Source of the DNA: Macrostomum hystrix
Taxonomy: Eukaryota; Animalia; Platyhelminthes
Length of the DNA: 64,000 nucleotides
Assembly: GCA_950097015.1 (NCBI GenBank)
Contig: CATNEN010000038.1
Coordinates: forward strand, 22,134,001 to 22,198,000
Direction: 5' to 3'
The translations under genes were made by a program, and so were the position numbers. Under the pieces are notes generated by a model. It searched no databases and had not been told where the DNA came from. It saw only the letters and a list, made by a program, of their open reading frames with translations. Of the stretch, positions 12,831 through 25,490 are shown in pieces (position 1 is the first letter of the stretch; each line of letters opens with the position of its first letter).

Positions 12831-13659
12831 GTATTAGCTTATTGAGAGGACCAGTGCAATTTGCATTTGGGGATTGCATGAATCCTGAAATTCTGCCCGT
12901 CCCTCCCCGGAGGGACGCTAAAGTTACTTATTTTACTAAACGAGGAATTAAAACTGAGACCAAGTTACGTATTTCAAGTAAAAATAAATATATTTGTTAT
13001 TCTTCTTACGAAACGTACTAATACGTAAGAAGTCATTAAATGTTAAATGTCGAAGGTTTGACAAAGGTCCATTGATAATAGCACAAATGGACTTAAAATG
13101 TGTAATTTTGTCACACAAAACTGGTGAAGTTTTAAAATGTATTTAGCTTTCAACTCGCCGCAGTTAATATACGGTAAAGAGAACTTTTTTTCACGATATA
13201 TAATCGGCAATTGTACGCAAACAGATGCATACTTTTTAGAGGAACATTTTGTCCTATAGCTTAGTCACAAGGCAGAAGCACTTAACACGCAAAGCATTAT
13301 TAATTAGGACTAGAATAGATCTAATAATTTATTACACTGTTACTCTAAAATCACGTGCTAATAAAACTTTTTGGCACAAAATTGTTCGTGAAAACGGGGC
13401 CTTCAAATTCTAATGGGCCAACAAAAGGTGAAACGTTCTTAGTGTGTTCTTAGAAACTCCTCAGGGAAATCCAATTAAGCGTTCAAGCGCATGGCAACCG
13501 TCATCCAATTCGATTTTGAAGGCAGATTTGAGTATATGAGTACACCCACATATGAGTACTGCAAGTAGTCACTGAATAATGATAATACAAACTGGCTAAA
13601 TGATTTTGTTCACGAACTGATAAATAAAACAGGAATCAACGAATCGGCATAGATAGTGT

Positions 13660-16425
13660 TTACAGATCCTCTCTCAGGCCGATGTGGTCGCCATAGTTGG
13701 TAGCCGCTGAGCCAGCGAACAGTTCCAGATTGTCAACAATCTCCTTGCGGCTCAGAGAACCATCTTTATCGGCGTCAGCTTCAGCCAGGAGGTGATCGGC
13801 TTCGCTGTTGTACAGGTGGCCCTTCTCCTGGTCGTGGGCAAACATGTATGCCTCAAACTCTTTCTTGTCAAGGAATCCGTCCTTGTTCTTGTCCTTGACC
13901 TCGGTGAAGCTCTTCCTCTCGTCGGCCATCCAATCGGGCTCTTTCTCATTGCTGTCCTTGTCCGGATTCCACATGTCCTTGAGAAATTCCTCCATGGAAA
14001 CCTTGCCGTCACCGTTCTTGTCGGCGTACCCGATTGCTTCGTCGAGCTGTGAATTTAGTTTTTTAGGTTATGTAACCCAGACTAATATTGATAAAGCTTA
14101 CAATATTAATCCATGCTTGCTTGATCCCGTCTAACTTTGATCCCATTTAGAATTTGATCCCATCTTATTTTGATCCCATCTGAGATTGATCCTATCTTAG
14201 ATCCCATCTTAGAAATATTGATCCCATCCCATCCCAACGCCCCCTCCTGTTTGAAGAATCCCATCTAAGATTTGACCCATTAAGGACTTATCCCATCTTT
14301 GGCTGTAAATCACAGGTTATTCCTCTCTCAGACAGATCCCGTTCGGATTTATCCCCATAAATGTTAATTTCTTTGAGCTGCGAAAAAATCCTTTCATTAA
14401 CTTATCAACATGTCCGCCATCTCCCATAGCAACTCCATAGCAACTCCATAGCAACTCCATAGCAACTCCATAGCAACTCCATAGCAACTCCATAGCAACT
14501 GCATAGCAACTCCATAGCAACTCCGTAGCAACTCCATAGCAACTCCATAGCAACTCCATAGCAACTCCATAGCAACTCCATAGCAACTCCATAGCAACTC
14601 CGTAGCAACTCCATAGCAACGCACCAGCATTGACCGCATATGCGGGTACTCGTCCGGATAATAGAACTGGTGCAGCTCGGCCTTGCTCAGCTTTCCGTCC
14701 TTGTTGACATCGGCGGCTAGCCAGCGTCGACCATCGCGGACCAGATCGGCGATTAGCGACGCCTGCATCGACTTGGCCTCGTCGTTGTCGCTGGCCGGAG
14801 CTTCCGGCAAGCCCGCAACGCCGCCGGTCTTGACAATGTCAGCCGGATTGCTGTCCTTCAGCGCCTTGGTTGCAGCTTCAATATGCTTGGCGTCCAAATT
14901 AATTAGGGCCGTGTGCAATTTGCCAATAGCGTACTCAGACCAGGTGAGCAGCTCATTATCGGCTGTCTTGTTCAGCCTGCGCCAGTTCTCATCTACGTCG
15001 TGCATCTCATGATCGTGGGCAACACGCTGCATCCACGACACCAGCTCTGCCTTGCTGGCCTTGCCGTCCTGAAGGATGGAGAGAAATAATTTATTTTTAT
15101 GTAGGTCCTCATGCTTAACCCTCTCCTCTGATTCTTCAGGTGCTCATCCTTTACACTATCCTCTGATTCTTCAGGTGCTCATCCTTTACACTATCCCCTG
15201 ATTCTTCAGGTGCTCATCCTTTACACTATCCCCTGATTCTTCAGGTGCTCATCCTTTACACTATCCCCTGATTCTTCAGGTGCTCATCCTTTACACTATC
15301 CTCTGATTCTTCAGGTGCTCATCCTTTACACTATCCTCTGATTCTTCAGGTGCTCATCCTTTACACTATCCTCTGATTCTTCAGGTGCTCATCCTTTACA
15401 CTATCCTCTGATTCTTCAGGTGCTCATCCTTTACACTATCCTCTGATTCTTCAGGTGCTCATCCTTTACACTATCCCATGATTCTTCAGGTGCTCATCCT
15501 TTACACTATCCTCTGATTATTCAGGTGCTCATCCTTTACACTATCCTCTGATTCTTCAGGTGCTCATCCTTTATACTTTCCTCTGATTGTTCAGGTGCTC
15601 ATCCTTTACCCTATCCCCTGATTCTTCAGGTGCTCATCCTTTACTGCACTTTCCCCTTATTCTTCAGGTGCTCATCCTTTACTGCACTTTCCCCTTATTC
15701 TTCAGGTGCTCATCCTTTACTGCACTTTCCCCTTATTCTTCAGGTGCTCATCCTTTACTGCACTTTCCCCTTATTCTTCAGGTGCTCATCCTTTACCCTA
15801 TCCTCTGATTCTTCAGGTGCCTCAAAAGCACAGTGAAAGTGTACACTGTCTGCAAAAGTTAGGACAGATGTACACGCCTGTATGAGTGCGTGTGCCTGCA
15901 GGGCAGTATATGTGTGCGTGTGTGCTCAGGCGTCAGCGGAAGAATCGCCTCCTCGCTGTGGTACCAGCTGTGGTAGTTGAGGGTGGCGTCCTCCCTGTCC
16001 ATGGACTGAACAGCGGTACGCAGCTTTCAGCTCTAACAAGTGGACTACAAGGCCTAATTTTCCCCCACTATCTATAATTACTAATTCGCGTAAATTCACG
16101 CAAACCCGGAAAAAAATTAGTTTAACTACACACGCTACTTCTGCAACGGCACCTTATCGGCGTCAATCTTGGAGTCGAACAGTTCGCCCAGCTTCTGCCT
16201 CGCCTGCTCAGCCCGCAGACCTGAGAACTCCTGGGCGCCCTCCTTGCCAACGAACATCTCGTGATCGAAGTCCTTATCGTGATGCTGCTCATCGTCAGCT
16301 CTGCCGTCGCCGTCCTTGTCCGCAGCGTGGTGATCCATCTGCTGTTGCATCTTCAGCTGGGCTGCTGACGTGGCCATAGACAGTAGGACTGCCAACAGGC
16401 AAGCTTGGAAGATCATCGTTTGCAT
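13660..16425 (-). CDS. CREC-family multi-EF-hand secretory-pathway Ca2+-binding protein (calumenin/reticulocalbin-like)
   Basis: Exons 16153-16425 (signal peptide MQTMIFQACLLAVLLSMATSA; DFDHEMFVGKEGAQEFSGL...KLGELFDSKIDADK), 14625-15068 (DGKASKAELVSWM...ADVNKDGKLSKAELHQFYYPDEYPHM), 13660-14046 (ADKNGDGKVSMEEF, DKNKDGFLDKKEF, ADADKDGSLSRKEI, FAGSAATNYG, C-terminal REDL). All introns are phase 0. Confidence 0.92.
14425..14620 (+). repeat. 11-bp minisatellite (CATAGCAACTC) starting 4 nt into the calumenin-like gene intron 2
   Basis: About 18 tandem units. Confidence 0.95.
15122..15820 (+). repeat. 35/37-bp minisatellite (CTCTGATTCTTCAGGTGCTCATCCTTTACACTATC) in the calumenin-like gene intron 1
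   Basis: About 20 tandem units; a 37-bp variant appears toward the right end. Confidence 0.95.
15959..16032 (+). mobile_element. SINE 3' fragment, opposite orientation to the other copies
   Basis: ggtaccagctgtggtagttgagggtggcgtcc...tccatggactgaacagcggtacgcagctttcag is the reverse complement of about 18890-18970. Confidence 0.65.
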
Positions 16426-17157
16426 CGTGGTGAACTTTGAATTACTGTCAACCAACTGAGTCAGGTAGCTGTGCCTCTGCCTACTGTGGTCAGTGAGCGC
16501 GAGTGTATTTAATGTCTCAGCTTTCAGTAATGCCACGTGTAACACTGACACGCCTCACAGGTTTTTACCTCTCTTTACTTTCCTATATTTGCTTCAAGCC
16601 AAGCAATTCTCAGCTAGGAACACGTGCACCCCTCCTTTCCCCTAGAAATTCATTGTCTCCGTTTGCCAGCTGCTCTCACTCAGCGGCAGCAGAAATTTTC
16701 TTTCTATTTCTTTCTTATTTTTGTCAAAATAAAATAATGGCTTCATTTTATAGTGTCTCTCGATTCACAGAAAGATCTATACGTGTAGAGCTATAAGAGG
16801 GAAAGAATATTAAATTGTTAAATACAATGGCTACTAAAAATATATTATTTTACATGCGGGCGGCCACTCGAATCTGTATCGAGTTTGAAACTAATTAAAA
16901 CTTCGAAATATTAGCTTATTATACAGCTTTTATTGTGCGGTCTAAAAAATAGTAGTAATTATTGCTTTTTAATTCTGTTTTAACGAAACAGTTTTATAGA
17001 ATTTTAATAACTGCATCTTTTAGTCTAATTGTTATTCCGATTTTTTTAAATCGATTGCAAATATTACTAATTTATTGACCTTTCTCCATTCTGTACGGTT
17101 TCTGCGAAACCAGTCTTTAATCAAATTCTAGACCATTATTATTCTTAATTCTACCGG

Positions 17158-17530
17158 AATTGTGGGATTACGGGTTGTGGGATTGTGGATTGTGGGATTG
17201 TTGATTGTGGGATTGTAGATTGTGGATTATGGGATTGTGGATTTTGGGATTGCCGATTGCGGATTTTGGGATTAGGGATTGTGGCATGGTGGATTGTGGG
17301 ATTGTGGATTGTGGGATTCTGGATTTTGGTATTCTGGATTTTGGGATTGTGGATTGTGGATTGAGAATTGTAGGATTGTGGATTGTGATAGTTTGGGAAT
17401 GTGGATTGTGGGATTAGGGATTTTAGATTGCATATTGTGGGATTGTGGATTTTGGGATTGCAAATTGTGGGATTGAGGATTGTGAGACTCTGTGATTCAG
17501 GATTGTGTATTGTGCATTGTGGGATTCTAG
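17158..17530 (+). repeat. Degenerate 7/8-bp repeat (TTGTGG(G)A)
   Basis: Low-complexity gattgtgg units. Confidence 0.85.
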
Positions 17531-17614
17531 TTTATTGGACTCCAGATGATAGGATTTGCTAAGAGATTTCTCATTTCAGCAAGACCTTAGTCAGTACTCA
17601 GAGCAGGCATCTGA

Positions 17615-17628
17615 GTTGCTATAGTAAC
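17615..17628. promoter_or_regulatory. Candidate RFX X-box (GTTGCTATAGTAAC)
   Basis: Matches the GTHNYY-AT-RRNAAC consensus. Lies between the divergently transcribed calumenin-like and neuropeptide genes. Confidence 0.35.
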
Positions 17629-18283
17629 AGTTTCAGATTTGCATCAGCGGTCCAAGTTCCCAAACACAGTAATCCTTTCCCCAAACTCAAGGTGTGGGAT
17701 TATGTCCGAGAGAAGAAGACTATAATAACCTCGGCAGATTGAATTGTTGGCAAGGAATCTCAGGATTAATAAAGTTTTTTGGGAGATGCGAAAAAAGTAC
17801 TTCTCACAATGCGCTCAGAAACTAGGGAAACTTCTAAGAAACACGAAAGACATTTTATAATCTAGAAGAAAACAATTTCCAAAGTGAGTTTTTCATTGAA
17901 TACGGCAAAATAGTTTAGTTTTTTTTGGTACAATTTGATAGCCTAGCTCTATATGGACAGTTGATCTGGACCTGTCCGTGGACAATTTTTTTCGGATGGC
18001 TAAATTAGCATTCTTGGGTGTCAAAGAATCCGACAGTTAATTGCATCTATGCAGGAGTGACGTTAGGGTGTCTTGTGTACCACGAAATTTGATTCACTGA
18101 TTTACTGAGGTGACGAGATAACAAATCGTTTAACAAGCAGTCATTATTGATTTTGTGAGGGTTGGTTGAATCGGATACTGGAATACTAATCCCATTGTCG
18201 GAATCTCGATTTTGGAATTCTGTATTGTCATGTTTTAATGTCAGGATGAAAATATTCTAGATTTTAGCATCACATAGATATAT

Positions 18284-18810
18284 TTGTGGGTTTCAAGATT
18301 ATGGGATTCTAGATTGAGGGATTCTAGATTGTGGGATTCTAGATTGAGGGATTCTAGATTGTGGGATTCTAGATTGAGGGATTCTAGATTGAGGGATTCT
18401 AGATTGTGGGATTCTAGATTGTGGGATTCTAGATTGTGGGATTATAGATTGAGGGATTCTAGATTGAGGGATTCTAAATTGAGGGATTCTAGATTGTGGG
18501 ATTCTAGATTGTGGGATTCTAGATTGTGGGTTTCAAGATTGTGGGATTCTAGATTGAGGGATTATAGATTGAGGGATTCTAGATTGATGGATTCTAGATT
18601 GTGGGATTCTAGATTGTGGGATTCTAGATTGTGGGATTATAGATTGAGGGATTCTAGATTGAGGGATTCTAAATTGAGGGATTCTAGATTGTGGGATTCT
18701 AGATTGTGGGATTCTAGATTGTGGGATTCTAGATTGTGGGATTCTTGATTGAGGGATTCTAGATTGAGGGATTCTAGATTGAGGGATTCTAGATTGTGGG
18801 ATTCTTGATT
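18284..18810 (+). repeat. 15-bp minisatellite (TGTGGGATTCTAGAT)
   Basis: About 35 tandem units. Confidence 0.95.
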
Positions 18811-18865
18811 TTAATAATTATATTATAATCATATAATTGATTACACCTGCCCCAATTGGGCTAGA

Positions 18866-19112
18866 TGTACAGCCGACAGCTGTCGCATCTGAAGGCTGCG
18901 TACAGCTGTTCAGTCCACGGACTGGGGGGACGCCACGCCCACCCTCAATTATCCCAGCTGATGCTGGTACCCATTTAACAGCTGGGTGAACTGAAGCAAT
19001 GCAGAGTTAAGTGTCTTGCTAAATGACATAAATTTTTCCAGTGGAGTCAGGAATCGAACCCCCGACCTTCAAGTCGTGAGTCCGACGCTCTAACCACTAT
19101 GCTACAACCTCC
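18866..19112 (-). mobile_element. tRNA-derived SINE, best-preserved copy
   Basis: The minus-strand head GGAGGTTGTAGCATAGTGGTTAGAGCG...GGTTCGATTCC carries Pol III A and B boxes. The central part is GCAAGACACTTAACTCTGCATTGCTTCAGTTCACCCAGCTGTTAAATGGGTACC. Dispersed copies lie at 9925, 15959, 27612 and 57681. Confidence 0.85.
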
Positions 19113-19579
19113 AAGTGACACAATAGATTGTGTTAATTTAAATAGTGGAATTCTGAATTGGGGATTATTCGTTTTTTTGGATTGTCATAATAAAAATTAA
19201 TCGTATGTTCTGTTGAGTAAATGTTTAGTAATTGTGTCGTATTAAGATTATTATCCTCGATTTGTTGGTAAGTTATGTAAGTTATTAGCGCATCAAATTC
19301 TAGAGTGTAAAATTAGTAAAATTTGAAAATTTTAAAACTTTATTAGTAAAATTTAGTTTACTTTTTTGTCGAAGTCAAAGATAAAGTCAACGTGTTTGGC
19401 ATCATCCATACACCAATACAGCTAGATGCTGTGATACAGATATTTATTAAATACAGATATGGGAAGAGACGAAAATCGAAAGAAAAACCAACACAGTTTA
19501 TGTCCGTGAGTTCACTCAAACTGGAAATTCATCCCGTGTATTGTTACTCAATTCAAAGGAATATCTAGATAGTGAGTGC

Positions 19580-20160
19580 GGGAGTGCCAAGAATTTCACA
19601 TGGAGTGCCAAGAATTTCACATGGAGTGCCAAGAATTTCACATGGAGTGCCAAGAATTTCAGATGGAGTGCCAAGAATTTCACATGGAGTGCCAAGAATT
19701 TCACATGGAGTGACAATAGTTGAAAACGGAGTGAAAATAGTTGAAGGCGGAGTGACACGAATTAAAGGTGGAGTGACAAGACTTTAAGATGGAATGACAA
19801 GAATTGAATGTGAGTGACAAGAATTAAGGATGGAGTGACACGAATTAAAGGTGGAGTGACAAGACTTTAAGATGGAATGACAAGAATTGAATGTGAGTGA
19901 CAAGAATTAAGGATGGAGTGACACGAATTAAAGGTGGAGTGACAAGACTTTAAGATGGAATGACAAGAATTGAATGTGAGTGACAAGAATTAAAGATGGA
20001 TTGACACGAATTAAAGTTGGAGTGACAAGAATTTCAGATGGAATGGCAACAATTGAAGGTGAGTTACAGCAGTTGAAAGAGTGACAAAAATTTACGATAG
20101 AGTGACTAGAATTTTAGATAGAGTTACAAGAATTAAGGGATATTTACAAGAATTAAGAGC
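19580..20160 (+). repeat. 21-bp minisatellite (GGAGTGCCAAGAATTTCACAT) grading into a ~62-bp three-unit higher-order repeat
   Basis: Six near-identical units at 19581-19710, then three to four copies of a composite at 19748-20020. Confidence 0.9.
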
Positions 20161-20576
20161 GAAACAATAGAGGTTAGTGACTAGATTTAAACGGGTTACT
20201 AGAATAGAGAGTATTTTTAAAAAATGTAAAATAGAAATGTAAAAATTGTGTCAGTGATCACAGTTGGTGAGTAGGAAAGTGACGAGAATGGAGATAGATT
20301 GAGTAGAACAGAACATACTCTAATATTTCCTTTTAAATTTCTGCATTATTGTGTAGCATTCTCACAATCTAGACATTAAGCCCTGTAATCCAGCAGTTCA
20401 CGATGCCATCTGATTGGCCAGTTTCACAGTCAACCAATCAGAGTGGGCTCCACAGGCTCCCAAATAGGATGTAAGGATGGGGTCTATTGACTCCATCTAC
20501 GCGCCTACCCGGACATTATTACTCCTAAACTACAAAGCAAATTAAGCAGCAAATCTTTCACAGTTCCCCATACAAG

Positions 20577-20924
20577 ATGACAAAAATCAACTCAATCCTC
20601 ACCCTGGCTCTGACAGTCGGCCTACTCACTGTACTCAGCCAGCAGGCCGATACGGCGCCAGTCACTCAGCAGAAGTCGCTCAAGAAGCCGGAGCTTGAGG
20701 AGGTCACGGAGCCCGCCGGCAAGCAGTATCCGGGTCTAGACCTCAGTCCTGCCCAGTTAGATTTCCTAGCCGAAGCTCTGCAAGAGATGGCCTCCAGCCC
20801 GGAGGCGGAGCTGCCGCAGCTTCACGGCCAGGTGCCGAGAGATGACAAGCGCGAGTTCTACCCGCTGCGTGGAAAGAAGAGCAGCAGCAGCAGCAACAGA
20901 ATCTTTCACCCCCTGAGGGGCTGA
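20577..20924 (+). CDS. Secreted neuropeptide precursor yielding EFYPLRamide and (SSSSSNR)IFHPLRamide
   Basis: Single GC-rich ORF with a hydrophobic signal peptide (MTKINSILTLALTVGLLTVLSQQADT) and an acidic spacer, ending KR-EFYPLRG-KK and R-IFHPLRG-stop (dibasic cleavage plus Gly amidation). AATAAA at 20968; CCAAT boxes upstream near 20413 and 20434. Confidence 0.85.
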   Translation: MTKINSILTLALTVGLLTVLSQQADTAPVTQQKSLKKPELEEVTEPAGKQYPGLDLSPAQLDFLAEALQEMASSPEAELPQLHGQVPRDDKREFYPLRGKKSSSSSNRIFHPLRG

Positions 20925-21359
20925 ATTAAAGACTTTGTTGATCACTCTTCTATCGCTCTGTATCACTAATAAAACACTATCAATTGTTGTCTTCTTTCTC
21001 GATAATGAAATTAACAAATAAAATTGAGATCATTTTGAGAAAGTTTCAATTGGCCACTGACCTTGCGATGACGGAGGGCCCAAACTCGTTTGCCTGAGTT
21101 CAAAGCTTCAGCAAAGGTGATGATGACGGCGCAGTCTCCTTTCAAGCTCTCTTTTTGAGTTCGTTTGTTCCGCCTCAGTGTAAAATCCTCTTTTTTGTTA
21201 GACCTCACAAAGCACAGACAGGTAGAATTTTACGTTGAGTTCCTTTGCCGCTTCCACTGAAAAACACGAGCAAAAGGCAGTGGACAAAGTAAATAGACGA
21301 AATAACAAATTATGAAAATGTTCCTCCGATATATAGGACACACTGAAATCAGTAGGTAC

Positions 21360-21361
<2 letters not shown>

Positions 21362-21417
<56 letters not shown>

Positions 21418-21965
21418 CTGTCTCTCTGCCTCTCTGTCTCTCTGCCTCTCTGTCTCTCTGTCTTTCTGTCTCTCAGTCTCTCTGTCTCTCTGTCTCTCTG
21501 CCTCTCTGTCTCTCTGTCTCTCTGTCTCTCTGTCTCTCTGTCTCTCTGCCTCTCTGTCTCTCTGTCTCTCTGTCTCTCTGTCTCTCTGTCTCTGCCTCTC
21601 TGTCTCTCTGTCTCTCTGTCTCTCTGTCTCTCTGTCTCTCTGTCTCTCTGTCTCTCTTTCTCTCTGTCTCTCTGTCTCTCTGTCTCTCTGTCTCTCTGTC
21701 TCTCTGCCTCTCTGTCTCTCTGTCTCTCTGTCTCTCTGTCTCTCTGTCTCTCTGTCTCTCTGCCTCTCTGTCTCTCTGTCTCTCTGTCTCTCTGTCTCTC
21801 TGTCTCTGCCTCTCTGTCTCTCTGTCTCTCTGTCTCTCTGTCTCTCTGTCTCTCTGTCTCTCTGTCTCTCTTTCTCTCTGTCTCTCTGTCTCTCTGTCTC
21901 TCTGTCTCTCTGCCTCTCTGTCTCTCTGCCTCTCTGTCTCTCTGTCTCTCTGTCTCTCTGCCTCT
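21362..21965 (+). repeat. (GATA)n microsatellite fused to an 8-bp (CTCTCTGT)n array
   Basis: GATA at 21362-21416; CTCTCTGT at 21417-21965. Confidence 0.97.
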
Positions 21966-22469
21966 TTCATCCCAAAAATGCGTGCGTATAATTCGACACC
22001 TTCTGTTCCGGTTTATTTTGTCACATTGTTACTGAGAGTGAGGAAACGAAATAGTTCAGTAGCCAATAGTGGAACAAAGAGATGATAAGCCTAACAACTC
22101 AAAGGACCAGTCTGTTGTAATATTCCTTCTATGTCATTCGTATAGCGGTAAAAAAGCTTGCTTGCTAACTGAATTCAACTGAAACTCTCAAAGGGAACTG
22201 ATAAGAGTTGACAGGCTACTCTCTGTGCGGTCGGTGCCAAAAAAACTATTTTGCTTTGCTTTTAGCTGAGTCAAAAAGACTTACAAGCTAAAATAATGTA
22301 GCTTGTATTATGTAATGCGCCAATATTCATTTTCACGCTATATAACGGACTGTGCGAGTACTACCATAATATTTACTAAGCAATCTTTAAAGTCTTCAAA
22401 TAATGGGCTTCTTTGAAGTTAATAAATTCCACGAAATCCCATAATATATAAAATCCGAAATATATACCG

Positions 22470-22995
22470 AAAAATCCCAATCTTGCAGGAAATCACAATA
22501 TTTCGGGAAATCACGCATTTTAGGAAATCCCCACATTCTAGGAAATCCCTATATCCCAGGCAATCCCTATATTCCAGGAAATCCCCATATTCCAGGATAT
22601 CCCCATATTTTAGGAAATCTCTATATTCGAGGAAATCCCATATATTCCAGGAAATCTCAATATTCCAGGAAACCCCCACATTCCAGGAAATCCTCATATT
22701 CCAGGATAAACCCATATTCCTGGAAATCTCTATATTCCAGGAAATCCCAATATTCCAGGAAATCACCACATTTCATGAAATCCCGTATTTTAGGAAATCC
22801 GCATAATCCAGGAAATCTCCATATTTCAAGAAATCCCCATATTACAGGAAATCCTCATATTCCAGGATATCCCCATATTCTAGGAAATCCCTGTATTCTA
22901 AGAAATCCCCATATTCTAGGAAATCCCTGTATTCCAAGAAAAATTTCCATGTTTTCCATGTTCCCGAAAAATCTAAATATTTTAAGATATCCCCA
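22470..22995 (+). repeat. Degenerate ~19-20-bp minisatellite (AGGAAATCCCCATATTCC)
   Basis: Repeated ggaaatccc...atattcc units. Confidence 0.85.
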
Positions 22996-23475
22996 AATTT
23001 GCCATACCACCGATACCACGAAATCTATAAATTTTTATCATAAGAGCCAAATTCAGTTATTTTCATTTTCATTCAATTTTTCTGAGCATTATATTTGTTC
23101 TCCATTTTATACTACTTAAAGTAAAAAACTCAGTGCACAGAGCCGCGTTAATTTGATTTGTTGCTAGGACTATGCTACATTAAAAAATCTGTTTCACCCG
23201 GGGGAAAACTTTTATGAAAAGTACTTTTACTAAAACTTGGATAACCAAAATTTTGGGATCAGAAAGGTTCGCCTTCACTGATACGGCATCAGGTGAGATT
23301 TATTAATAGAATGGTTCCTCTCAGAATATAGTGAGCCTTGCAACCGGCATTGCATATTAATATGTTTATGGTGTAGCATTTTGTTAATTAAAAACAATGT
23401 CACGTTCTTTCGGCCTGTAAATTAATGTGCGTGTGTATTTTAAGTCTATTACCATTTGGAATTTATCGAATAACC

Positions 23476-25490
23476 CTCACTCACTTATCCATTCACTCAC
23501 TCACTCACTCACTCACTCACTCACTCACTCACTCACTCACTCACTCACTCACTCACTCACTCACTCACTCACTTATCCATTCACTCACTCACTCACTCAC
23601 TCAGACACTCACTCACTCACTCACTCACTCACTCACTCACTCACTCACTCACTCCTCACTCACTCACTCACTCACTTATCCATTCACTCACTCACTCACT
23701 CACTCACTCACCCACTCACTCACTCACTCACTCACTCACTCACTCACTCACTCACTCACTCACTCACTCACTCACTCCTCACTCACTCACTCACTCACTT
23801 ATCCATTCACTCACTCACTCACTCACTCACTCACTCACTCACTCACTCACTCACTCACTCACTCACTCACTCACTCACTCACTCACTCACTCACTCACTC
23901 ACTCACTCACTCACTTATCCATTCACTCACTCACTCACTCACTCACTCACTCACTCACTCACTCACTCACTCACTCACTTATCCATTCACTCACTCACTC
24001 ACTCACTCACCCACTCACTCACTCACTCACTCACTCCTCACTCACTCACTCACTCACTTATCCATTCACTCACTCACTCACTCATTCACTCACTTATCCA
24101 TTCACTCACTCACTCACTCACTCACTCACTTATCCATTCACTCACTCACTCACTCACTCACTCAGTTATCCATTCACTCACTCACTCACTCACTCACCCA
24201 CTCACTCACTCACTCACTCACTCACTCACTCACTCACTCACTCACTCACTCACTCACTTATGCATTCACTCACTCACTCACTCACTCACTCACTCACTTA
24301 TCCATTCACTCACTCACTCACTCACTCACCCACTCACTCACTCACTCACTCACTCCTCACTCACTCACTCACTCACTTATCCATTCACTCACTCACTCAC
24401 TCATTCACTCACTTATCCATTCACTCACTCACTCACTCACTCACTCACTTATCCATTCACTCACTCACTCCCTCACTCACTCACTCACTCACTCACTCAC
24501 TCACTCACTCACTCACTCACTTATCCATTCACTCACTCACTCACTCACTCACTCACTCACTCACTCACTCACTTATCCATTCACTCACTCACTCACTCAC
24601 TCACCCACTCACTCACTCACTCACTCACTCACTCCTCACTCACTCACTCACTCACTTATCCATTCACTCACTCACTCACTCACTCACTCACTCACTCACT
24701 CACTCACTCACTTATCCATTCACTCACTCACTCACTCACTCACTCACTCACTCACTCACTCCCTCACTCACTCACTCACTCACTCACTCACTCACTCACT
24801 CACTCACTCACTCACTCACTCACTCACTCCTCACTCACTCACTCACTCACTTATCCATTCACTCACTCACTCACTCACTCACTCACTCACTCACTCACTC
24901 ACTCACTCACTCACTCACTTATCCATTCACTCACTCACTCACTCACTCACCCACTCACTCACTCACTCACTCACTCCTCACTCACTCACTCACTCACTTA
25001 TCCATTCACTCACTCACTCACTCATTCACTCACTTATCCATTCACTCACTCACTCACTCACTCACTCACTTATCCATTCACTCACTCACTCACTCACTCA
25101 CTCACTCACTCACTCACTCACTCACTCACTCACTCACTCCCTCACTCACTCACTCACTCACTCACTCACTCACTCACTCACTCACTCACTTATCCATTCA
25201 CTCACTCACTCACTCACTCACTCAGTTATCCATTCACTCACTCACTCACTCACTCACCCACTCACTCACTCACTCACTCACTCACTCACTCACTCACTCA
25301 CTCACTCACTCACTCACTTATGCATTCACTCACTCACTCACTCACTCACTCACTCACTTATCCATTCACTCACTCACTCACTCACTCACTCACTCACTCA
25401 CTCACTCACTCACTCACTCACTCACTCACTCACTCACTCACTCACTCACTCACTCACTCACTCACTCACTCACTCACTCACTCACTCACT
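23476..25490 (+). repeat. (CACT)n microsatellite with periodic TTATCCATT interruptions
   Basis: About 2 kb; source of the spurious 730-764 aa ORFs. Confidence 0.98.

Noticed and set aside
11396-13021. Long ORFs (415-541 aa) on both strands
   Set aside because: Translations of the 25-bp array, open in several frames, with no splice or codon evidence.
19041-19112. tRNA gene (apparent CAC anticodon)
   Set aside because: Imperfect stems, and attached to a conserved SINE body in several dispersed copies, so it is a SINE head.
21011-21208. 65-aa minus-strand ORF next to the neuropeptide gene
   Set aside because: No recognisable motif or clear exon structure.
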